Assembly: GCA_036172245.1 (NCBI GenBank)
Contig: JAYWIR010000011.1
Coordinates: forward strand, 2,356,001-2,420,000
Source of the DNA: Raillietiella orientalis
Lineage: Eukaryota
DNA length: 64,000 nt
Direction of reading: 5' to 3'
The stretch's first letter is position 1. Each line of letters starts with the position of its first letter. Below, piece by piece: positions 13,500-24,961 of this stretch. The position numbers and the translations under genes are program-made. The notes below the pieces were generated by a model that ran no database searches, was not told the origin of the DNA, and saw only the letters and a list, made by a program, of their open reading frames with translations.

Positions 13500-13869
13500 G
13501 TCAATACGTAAATCCAAAAATATAACAAAATATATTTACAAACATGAAATTGTATCTTACAAAACTGATTTTCGTAATATCGGAGGTGTGAATGCAATTT
13601 TTATATTAGAAATATTCACAAACTGGGCTACTTTAATAATCTTCCACTAAGTAATGTACTGATTCATAAACGTTACAATTTGTTAGTTTTTTGTATTCTG
13701 GAAGGCAAGTATTTACAAGCACAGCAAACGAACTTTAGAGAAATTTTTTATATACGCTTTTTATAACTGCTATATGATACCATGCAGTGCTGTAATTAAA
13801 ACAATGGAATCCGTTGAAATAATAATAGTTTTTTCTAAAGTGACTGTAGATCATTTCAATAGAAAGTAA
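13500..13869 (-). terminator. Probable 3'UTR / polyadenylation region of the hnRNP U-like gene
   Basis: AT-rich block right after the stop; ATTAAA on the minus strand at 13632-13637; abrupt switch to GC-rich sequence below ~13500. Confidence 0.45.
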
Positions 13870-13953
13870 TCACTGGCGTCTGTACACTTGATTATAGTCC
13901 TGCCGGAATCCCGAGTTCCAATTCACACTGGCGTTTTGCTGGGGCCAATTTTG
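13870..13953 (-). CDS. HNRNPUL1: hnRNP U-like exon 15 (terminal)
   Basis: cctttcag acceptor; [30 protein letters not shown]; followed by an AT-rich 3'UTR-like stretch. Confidence 0.72.
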   Translation of the reverse strand, partial: QNWPQQNASVNWNSGFRQDYNQVYRRQ

Positions 13954-16204
13954 CTGAAAGGAGGGATCACCATTTCGGAGGGGACTCTACCACGCACAAC
14001 TCACATAAGACTTCCAGCCTGGGTTGTAAGAGCTCCACTCCGAGGTCCTATAGTTCCCATAGCCTTGGTTATTCGAATTGTATTCTTCCCCTTGTCCATA
14101 ACCTAACAACTCAGATCCAACTGCTCCGTGGTTCTTTACCTCTCATGCTGGATCCACTTCCAGAAGCCCAAAAACCTCCCTGATGGTGATACGGATAGTT
14201 GGAGTTGCCCACGGGTTTGTTCATCCATGGCTCGGGACCCTGCTGACAATACAGACTTCCGCTGAGAGTTCCCACCTTACATATCGTTCTCTGTTATGCA
14301 TGTCTTGGCGGTTCCAGGAGGAGCAGTAGTTGTTGCTTCTTGAATGAGCAAAATGGCCACTGTTGTTGCCGTAGAAACGGTTGCGCTCCTGGTGACGAGA
14401 CATAGACCCTTGCCAAGATCCAGTGTCTCTGCGATGGCGATGGCGGCCTTCAGAAACAAAAGAAACACACACACACACACAAACACAATAAAATCACACT
14501 TCGGGTCAAAACGCTCTACCATGATTAGACGAAGAATGCGTATCTTCCCTGCGGGGACGCTTCTGATTCCCAGGATAGAAGCCTGCATCTTCACCTTCCT
14601 GATTGTATTTTCTGATCAGCTGCCTTGCCTGGGGCTCGGGTAACTCGATGTATTCGATTTCATCAAACAAGCTGCTATCTGGCGCTTTGAAATTGGCTGC
14701 AAAGCAATGACAAAGCTGCCTGGGGATGCTCACAAACCTTTCATCTCAAGAACAGCAGAATCAGGTACATCTTTCCCTTCTTCCTGCTCCCTCTTCCTAC
14801 AACGGAGCCGAAATTCATCATCGTCAGGTACAATGACTATTGCCCTCTTTTTAAATCGTTCATAGCCTTTCAGTTTACGTCTCTGGGCAACGGGGTAAAC
14901 GTTTGTCTGATCCAAAATATAATTCCTTCGTCTCTTGCACCCGATGTCCAAAAGGACATTTAGACATTTTGCGCACTTATCAATTAACACATCCCAGCGG
15001 CCCTCATAGTTTTTCCGGCGAGGAAGGCCCATGACCTGATTTCAAATTTCAGCACGGGTGCGAAGCACCCAATTGTATTTATTTACCTTCATCTTATCAA
15101 TCAGGTTGTTTGTCCCAAGAATGTTGTACTTGCGTTCGGCATGCAGCTTGCTGTACGCATTAGCCCAAGTTGTTTTACCACAACCTGGCAAGCCGCACAT
15201 CATGATCAGCTACAGCACACGTATGAAGCAAAATGCCCGAAGCGAACCGGGAAAACTCACCTCGCAATCGGACCACTCTGCAGGACCTTTTGTCCCTCTG
15301 ACTCTATCTTCTTCAGGAACATGTGACATAAATACGTAATCCTTCAATTCTTCTGGGAGAGGGCAGAGAGGTTCCTGATCACCAAAATTTACTTGAAAGG
15401 AGCAGTTTTTCGTCAGTACATGAGGGAAAAGGGCTTTTCCTGACAGAAGCTCTTTTTGTATTTCAAAAGCAACGCCTTGAAACACTCCATTCACAGCAAA
15501 GGATATGGTGATGACGTCACTGTCCAGATCCTACAGTACCATCCAAATGCATGTTAAGTAAAAATAAAAGTCACCAAGCAAGCTGCGACAACATCTCCTT
15601 TCTGATATTGCACTCCATAATCTTTGAACTGGCACTCTGTAGCAATCTTGCCAGTGCCTCCATAACCCCAACTGCTAGGCTCTTCCCCTTTGGGAATTTT
15701 TGGGAGAAAATTTAAAATTAAAACCATGAGTTTATAAAGCAGCATAAGTGATTTCATTTTTGAAAAACTACAGACGCAAGGTCACACTGTCAAAATCCAC
15801 GAATGTTTTTTTTTTTTTTTTGTTGTTGTTGTTTTTGTTTTCCACGTCAGATGTGAGGAAAACGAGATGAATTGCATGTTTACTACGAAGACGATCTTAC
15901 TGGTAAGGAAAATCCGTTTTCTGAATCGCAAGAGAGTTACACAATCCGAGGGAGGTGCACCGAACAAGGAAGTGCATCGAGAGACTTACACAGGAAACCC
16001 CCCCCCCCCTCGTGCAACACGTGGGCCCAATCCACCGGAGTGCCCCAACATTCAGTGGAAGCAGTATCGGTCAGTTTCAAATGAAGTCCCAGTTCAATTA
16101 CCTAGCTGCATCGAACTCTCGTCCAGTGAAAATCCAACGCGAAGAACATGTGGATTGGGTTCATTTGGCAAGTGGCTAACGTCATTATGCAGCAAGACCT
16201 ACGC

Positions 16205-16237
<33 letters not shown>

Positions 16238-17493
16238 CATCATTTCTGCTGCATTCTCATCGAAGAGACAATTCTGGGTTTTGTGCATGAACTTGGAATA
16301 CCTTTGCTTCGAAACAAACTTTTCCTTTTACAAATCCATATGTTGCTCGGGCTCCTGCCCAAATATAGCCGAAACCCAAGCTGGACAAGGGTTCGGCTTT
16401 GGTGAAATCTTCTTTGGAAATCAATAAGTTAAGATCGGAGTTATCTTGAAAAGAAAAAAAAAAAAAAAACACACATTTAGTAAGTCAGCCTGCAATAAAC
16501 ACACAGATCTTGCTAAAAGAAGCATGATTTTTTTTTCCCCCCTTCAATTGATCGGAAAAAACGCTATTCAAGAATCACAGCCTTCTTGATAAGGGAAGGA
16601 AGCGTTCAAATCCGCCGGCAGCAGCGGATAGAAAATTTACTCGAAAAAACCTTCCCCACTGCGGAGTGGGGCGGTTTCTGCAAGTCAAACTTTTGGCATG
16701 CGAGGAGGAGGGATGTGTATCATTTGAGCACATCGCAGCATAGCATACGTACACCAGTCCAGCAGCACCTTCTCGTCGTCCCACACTGGTTCCAGTTCTT
16801 CGGCAGCCGCGTCGGTCCCACTGGGGGAGAGGCGAAAAAGAAGAAATAAAACAAAAGACAAACAACAGGGCAGGTGAAAATCAAATAAAGTGCATTCATT
16901 CTTCCGGTAATTTACTTGAAACAAACCGGAAGTTTGCGTTCAAGCGCCACACACCCATCTTTGACGTTCTCGTACGCCACACATTTTGTGTGGATTCACA
17001 GCGTACTCTTTTTTAACAGACTACGCCGAACCCTCCATTCCAAAACAAATTCATAAAACTCAAACCTCTGTTCGGGTTCGGGCTCTGTTTCTTCCCTTTT
17101 CCGTTTTAAATTTGAACGGGGATCGCCATGGTCCTCTGCTTCGGGCTGAAGTACAATTAAGCACAATATTAAAATGTTAAGGAGTTACTCTAATGGTAGT
17201 AAGTGATGATGACGACTGTATATAAATAAAGTGCACTGTTGCTTTCAGGCATCAATTCAATTGGATTCAAACCACGTAATCTCTCTCGACTCACAAAGAC
17301 GGATCGCCACAAAGAACAAAAGAAGTCTTCGACAGGAAACGGCAGTCGAAGACAGAAACATCGACCTGGGCAGAAAACGCAACTCAACGAAGGAAATGAT
17401 GAGAATTTGCCCAAAACTGAAAACAAAAAGCAACCGAACTGCACGTCCGCTATTCCATTTGAATGATGATGATAAATAGCAGACGGATGTTTC

Positions 17494-17540
<47 letters not shown>

Positions 17541-20500
17541 ACGACGATGAATTGGTCCTGCCGGGTTGGAAACGGTGATAAAAATGAAATCCCACAGCGT
17601 CCTTAAAAGATGAGGAGGAGACAAGAACCCAGAATGCAACGGGCCGCATTCCGGAAGGAAGGCAACTTGATGAAGATGCGACGGAAATAAAGTCTTCTTC
17701 ATCACCGCAACTTCATGATCGTTTCACCCATTCTCGTGAAGCATTTGAAGAAGAAGAAAACTTTGAAAGCAGGAAATCCCGCTGTTGAAATCAAGAGATC
17801 CGATAAAGGACTCGGTCCATCTAAGAGGCTGAATATGTGGAATTAACAACACTCGCGGGCACCTTGCGGGGGGGAGGGGGGGAGAGACGACGATTTTCAA
17901 GAAGAAGAAAAAAAGACCTTTGCAAGAGCACGCGTTCGAACAGCAAGAAAAATGTGTCAGAATCATTTGCCGTCTCTCCATGATATCTGGATCATGGCCC
18001 TTGGATAACCCACAATAAATAAATGAACGAACGATCTTACCATTTTAAACTAATTTACAAAAATTACGAGAGCAGCATTCTGATCAAAATTTTTTGAAGG
18101 GATCATCGTCGTTTACAAACCACGTGGATCCGATGCCATTCCTACCACCACCACCCCGTGGAACACGGACACTCGCTACGCACTCGAAACACACTCACGT
18201 GAGCGAGGTACTCGGAGTGTCGGTACGAGCTAAACTTTCGTACACAGAAAATACGATTTCGAAGCATTTCTGCTCGTAATCATGTGCATGCATTCCCGCA
18301 GCTGTGGATCCGATCCGATGCACGCATGCAGCGTGTGCGACTTGAAACCCTTATTCACTTGCAAATCGACTTTCCACGAGCTGTAACTTCCTAATGAGGG
18401 AATTCTCTGCACGCAAACGATCCTCACGACCATCAGGACGTCTCCCAGACACCTACCGCCCGGTGACAACCGACACCGTTCTGAAGCACACACACATTCG
18501 CGACAGGAAAACCACCTCCCGGCCACATCACGGAATCGAGGAAAGCGCTTAGGAAGCCGCAAGAGCAACTCCTTGCCACGTAACCGAGGGAACGATGAGA
18601 ACAGAAACAACACCAAGACGACTCGGCCCAAGCCAGCATTCACACGGGGGCGATGCAGTCCTCCGATGAATAGGAAGGCAATGGCAACGGACCGACCGGG
18701 CCAGCGGCCACTACGTCGCATCGGTTTTGTGCAGATCAAAACCCGCTCCACCGGCTGCAGCATCCGTCCCTTAGATGATCAACTGGAAGATCGTTCAAGC
18801 CACATGAAACGACGCTCGAGCGAATACTTTTGATTTCGCTTGAGCTGCACCACTTCAAGAGCTACGCCGAAGCAGTCATCTATCTCCCTCGCACATCCGC
18901 ATGCTACGCAACTTTATAAAATGCATCCACACATAGTGGGAAAAACAAACTTCTCCAAGAAACAAAAAAAAAACGTTCCTCGCTAATTCAACTCAGTTTG
19001 TACCAAGTATTACGGCAAAAAATTACTTTTCACCATAAGCCCATCCTATACTGTGAAAACGCGGCTATGAAATTTCCACAAAGTTATGAGCTTGAAAACT
19101 CAAAGAATTGTATATATATACATATATATATATATATAATGAATACGTGCACTGCTGTAGCAATAATTGATACACTAAGATTTCACACCCACATCATAGC
19201 AGTTCGAATGTGTGGGCAGATGACGACGACGAGCCTTTAAAAACGAAATGAATCGAAAAGAAATCATGAATTCTTAGAAGTTAATTCGAGACACACGCGG
19301 TGACAGTCGCCTTTGACTATTCTTATTCAAGACAGTGCACACCAACCGCAAGGAACACCTCCTGCAACACCATCAGTGATGCCTGCGAAGCATCGGCAGG
19401 CGCCACTGCCTGGCAAAAACGGATCAAACCAATTCCATCGAAACGGCCAGAAACCGAGTCGAAAGAACATAAGACTTAAAGCAGCCCTCGGCACACGAAA
19501 AGCAGCATTCGTGCCTCACCTACTCCACACTGCCTGCACCCAACGCAAAGGGAGAACACAGAACGTGTCCACTGTGCGTGGTGCAACCACTGGGAACCCT
19601 GAGCTGCCCGTGTCGGCCCTTCGATGGGACCGCAAACTGCTGAAACGCATTACTGACCCCATTGGCCTGACTCCGCCTGGCTTGAGAACTACAATTTACT
19701 CACAACGAATACAGTGCATGTACCAAAGAATACCAATATGCCTTCCTTATAGTTCGATCGGCTGCGATGCGGTCGTAAAATTTAAGGAAGTAGTGAACAC
19801 GTACTACTTTCCACTTTTTCAAAGGTGCACATGGGTTAAGTGCACACCAGTCATCAAGTTTAAAATGAGTAATGAGGAAAACGAAACACGAAAGCAACTT
19901 TTATCATCAGGGCAACTAGAACTCACAATCAAATTGTAATAAAGTAATAATAATGATATTGAATAATGATTTAATTTTTCTTATTTGGAATAAACCCAAG
20001 ACAGTCTTGACATAACATAAAATAAAATGAACCGCAACAACAACAACAACAACAAAATCCTCGCTTTTTATTTCCATGTGAACTTTATTCAAAAATTAAA
20101 CGCGCGAATCCAGAATAATTCAGTCTCAGGATGAACAACAGGTTACAATTCGGGCAAATAGCAACTTTAGCACATCAAATAAAAGACACTACAAAGGCAG
20201 TAAAAACAAATTACGAATTTTTGGATGTGATTCATGACTAACAGTACCTGATAAAAATATTGTTCTTATTCGCAAACCATACTTTTATCAGGGCTCAAAT
20301 GTTGAACACATTATTTCAAACATCAATGCTTTTGTGTGTGTGGTGTGTGTGTGTGTGTGTGTGCGTGCATGTGTGCATTAGGGTTTTATCGTAATTGCAA
20401 CTCATTTTTAGTTCTGATACCTTATTTCATTGGTAAAATGCCTGAATGAATAAGTGAGTTTAGAAATTTCTCCTTTTCATATGAACTTTAGACTGAAAAC

Positions 20501-23500
20501 CCAGATGGAGATCTAAAAATTTTTATATTCCAATTAAGAATTCATTCTTAATTCATTACATAACAACATGTAAAGTAATTCTTAATAGAAAGCTTGGAAA
20601 ATTAATGCATTAATACCTGCATACATACGTATATAGAAATAAACACATCATAAAAGTAAATGCAGTATTTATTGAAAATTTGTGAAGGCAACAAAAACTT
20701 CATGGGAACTTGTTTGATACCAAGGAATAATTTTTCCTAGATTTCCAAAATGTTTGTTTGCAGGGAAAATCATGAATATGACACTTTTGTTGGAAATCTG
20801 ATCAATCAATCACTTTGTGTTTGATCTTGATTTCACACTTGACAATGCTTCCCATGAAATCCATTTCCCCCTCTCCCCTGCTTTATGTTGCCTTCTACAA
20901 ACTCAAACCCACAAGCACAGATGTTTAAATTTCAAAGAAAACATTATTAAAAACACAAGAGCTGTTTCATACAAAGGAAACAAGTGCTTGTAACAACACT
21001 TTGGCAACATGAATTTTTTTTTAGTTTTCGACACAAAATTCTGAAAACCAGTTTCCAGTACTTCATTCTGGCTTGCACACAATGCTTCAAGTTAGCATTA
21101 TGTAACATGAATATTAACTGCTTTGCTAAAACTTCTAATGAACTACTTTTCTGCTATTTGCTAATTATTTGTTTTATCAGTACGTACACAATATGATCAC
21201 AATTTCTTTGCTATGACTGATTCATTTTAATTGCACACTAATTCATTTTACACTCACACGAATTGAAAAGAACTTCACTTGACATTCAATGAGACTTCTT
21301 CAATGAGATTAACTGGTTAAACAAACTCTTATTGCATTTTTTCAAGTCAATACAAAGAAATGCAAACTGAACAATAAGAAAACGGGAAAGGGCAAAACGA
21401 ACCCAAAGCAAAATGAACGGAATTAGTACAAAGAAAACAAAGAGAAATGAGAGCACTACCCATCTGTTCAAGCTTGGCAAAACTTGCCATAATCTAGAAA
21501 AACAAAAAACCAAATCACCATCACATATGCAAACATAACTTGAAAAAAGTGCTTTAATCATCTTAATTTGCAACAAAGCACAACCATGTTCAAGGACTCT
21601 GATGAGCATAAATTACTACTGCCTATTTACTACAAGTTAGATATCATCAATTAAATACAGCCACCAAGAATCTTCACTGAATCAGGTATCTCAAATTTCA
21701 AATAAATTTTCGAATTCCTACAATTTACCTTTCAAAATGCTGAAAAGTCCACACTAATTCTTATGTGAGATAATTCATTTTATACTTAAGGCATGAATTG
21801 ATTTGGGGAAAATTGAGCATTCACAGATATCCAAAAATAAACAGCAATGCATTAATTATCTTAACATGCTCCAAATTTGTGCACAAACTAGGGATTGTGT
21901 TCGCTAATTGCGAGAAATATGCTTGAAACCTCAAATTTTAATCCTTTTCTTTTTTGTCAAATTATTAGAATTGAAAAGTAACTCAACCTGGTGTTTTTAC
22001 TTTACTCAAGACACTTCTAAATATCTGTATTATATACATAGAACCATGGAGAATAAATAAAAAGTAAACAGGGCTTTTAAAACCAGAATAGGATTAAATT
22101 TCAGTGTTGCATAAGCACAACTCGAAAATACACTTGAAAAAAATGGGGTATAGTAAGAAAACTTTGCATACCAATGCTCTAAGCAGCAAGGCATAAACAA
22201 GCTCTTAAATACTATAATTTGAAAAAATAAACTGAAAAATAATAATGTATTAATTGGCAAAATTATGATAAACATGTTTCAACAATGCACTACTTGCAAA
22301 TTTGATTACAGTGTATGCATTGCAGTCAAATTTGAGAATATAACCATGTGGCCCACACATAATAAAGGCATTAAACCAGAAATTTTTTTTTTCTAGAAAA
22401 AAGGACTTTGAAAAAGGACTTTTGAAGATCGAACATGAATAAATTATAAACAAACATAAGTACATACCCAAAACCTTTTTTGCTTTTTCATTAGCTAAAT
22501 TCTATTTTGGAATAAATGCTGCAAACAGTGCATTTCATAGAATTTTAAGAAAAGATTAAATGAAATAGGACTCAAAAAACTGACAGCATTAAGTAAATAC
22601 ATAGCAGCAGTAAACTGATCTAATCAAATTTCACCGATCTGTATACATCTTGATCTAATCCTAATCTGTGTACCACTTGATACAAAATGCATAATGAGAA
22701 ATCAGTACAGTACAGTACAGTACATACAACAAAAACATACTGGAAGAAGGACATAATAAAACATTAAAGAAAACTTAATGCAAAATTTTGCATTAAATGT
22801 AACTTGATGGTAACCTTCATGATTAATCATGACCAATACAGCCAAAAAACAAACATTAAAAAACCAAGTTTCATCTTTCACCTTTTACAAAATCCTTTTT
22901 AATTGAAAATGAAAGAGTCACAAAGAAAATATTTTGTTTGCAGCCCACTTGACACCAGCAACAAAAATATCTATGCAATCAAAACCCAAAATGTAAATAA
23001 TACTTTTGGATACAGATAACTAACAAAAATACTGATATTATTTGTTTCCTTTTTGTATTTATAGTACTCAGAGATGCAAAATACCAAACTGCTGAAAAAA
23101 TTGAAATAATCGAATATACATTCCAAATATTTCTGTATCTTTTTTGTCATGTTTTGAATAGTAGACATGGAATGTGCATAAACTTAATACAATAGTTTAA
23201 ACATATGGGCATCCTTAAATGATGGAATTCTAACAGTTAGAATTCCTAATACATTCTAACATCATAAAAAAACAGCATCCTAACTTTAAAGGTCAATGAG
23301 GCAACAACACAAATGTTACTGGATAATCAATTTGCACAGACACAGGCAGCTTCAAAAATATTCAAAATGATTAACAGAGGACTCTTTAAAAACTATTCTG
23401 CCAAGAAAGTCGTAAATTATTCTGCAACACTTTGAAATACTTGTTAAAATATCTTCACAGCATATACAAATAAGTGTTCTTTCCCACTTGGGAATTAATC

Positions 23501-24920
23501 ATTAATAAATACCATTTGCTGAACTTTTTTGCAGATGACTTAATAATTTATTATTTTTCCAATTACAGTAATACAGTTATCATCCTTTTCAATAATAGCA
23601 TCTGTAGATAGTAGTGTTATAAGCAAAGTTGCAATTTTGAAGTATTCTTTAGTTACCATTAAAAAAAAAAAAAGGAAAACATGTTAAACACCAGGCTAAA
23701 AACACAAGAAAAAAAAATCAACTTATCAGCTATGATATACAAAAAAAATTATCATAGATTAGAGCACTCTGTTTTCAAGGGCATTAGTTTGAAAGTTATT
23801 AATCTGAAAAAAAAAAAAGTGGAAGAAAAAAAAAACGGAATGCTAACCTCAGATTTGAAAGATACTGGGACCTCATGAGCACTACTATCCTGATTAGCTT
23901 CCTCCTTGATGTTTACTTGACCATTTATGACATGATTAAAGCAATTTTCTTGTTTTATACATTCATTTCCAGTTTCTTTACATGAAATATCTGGTTCCAT
24001 TTTTATATTTCCTGTTAATTCATGTTCTAAAGGAATGTTCTGTTTAGTATCTGGCTTCTCAAATTCTTCCATATTCTGATCTGATAAAACAGACTCATCA
24101 ACATCCTTATTGTCAGATATCTCAACTTTTATCTTTTGGTCAGAAATTCTTTCTTCATTGTCCTCACAATTTTCTAAATGTGAGGTCACATCTGTAACTA
24201 CATCACTCGTGGTGCATACATTTTCAGCAAATGAGGGTGGAAAATTCAAATTCTGATTAGGGAATCCTTCTGCAAGTTTCTCTTGAGTGAGTGAGTGAGC
24301 AAAGCTCTCATTCTGGTCACTAATGGATTTCTGTGTTCCTTCTTCAGTTTGATCAGTGCATTTTTGCAACATTTCCTGCACACCTGTATCACCAATTGTT
24401 TCACAAACCATCTGATCGGACTGATTGTGATATTCTTCATCCTGTTCTTCGACCTCATTCGATAATTTCTCCAAAGACTCTTCTGCTAAATTCTCAGTTT
24501 TGGATTCTTCATCATTCTGAACAGAGCTGTCTAGTTCTACATCTTGGTCATTTCTAATATCATGGTCATCATCAATTTTACTGTCATCATTTTCACAAAG
24601 TTCAGATTCTGAAAGTAAATGAGTGCAAATATTAAATCACTTTGAAATGCTTTAATTTTTCACAAATTTCAATTTTTCGTAATTTCACGTTGGGAGAAAA
24701 TAATAAACAGACTGACAACTAAACCATTGTATTTGAACATACAAAACACAACCTTTAAAGTAAAAATGCATTGCATACCAATAATCCCACACTTATCAAA
24801 TATACAACAGATCTCATGAAACACACCCTCTACAGCATTACTGAAAAATTACAATTACTCACATCTAACAAAATAAAATACAGCTTTTGATTATAGTCAC
24901 AATGCTATTTCAATCTACTT

Positions 24921-24961
<41 letters not shown>

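Noticed and set aside
19313..19939. Nested antisense gene in hnRNP U-like intron 2
   Set aside because: TTG start, no recognisable motif, no supporting splice structure
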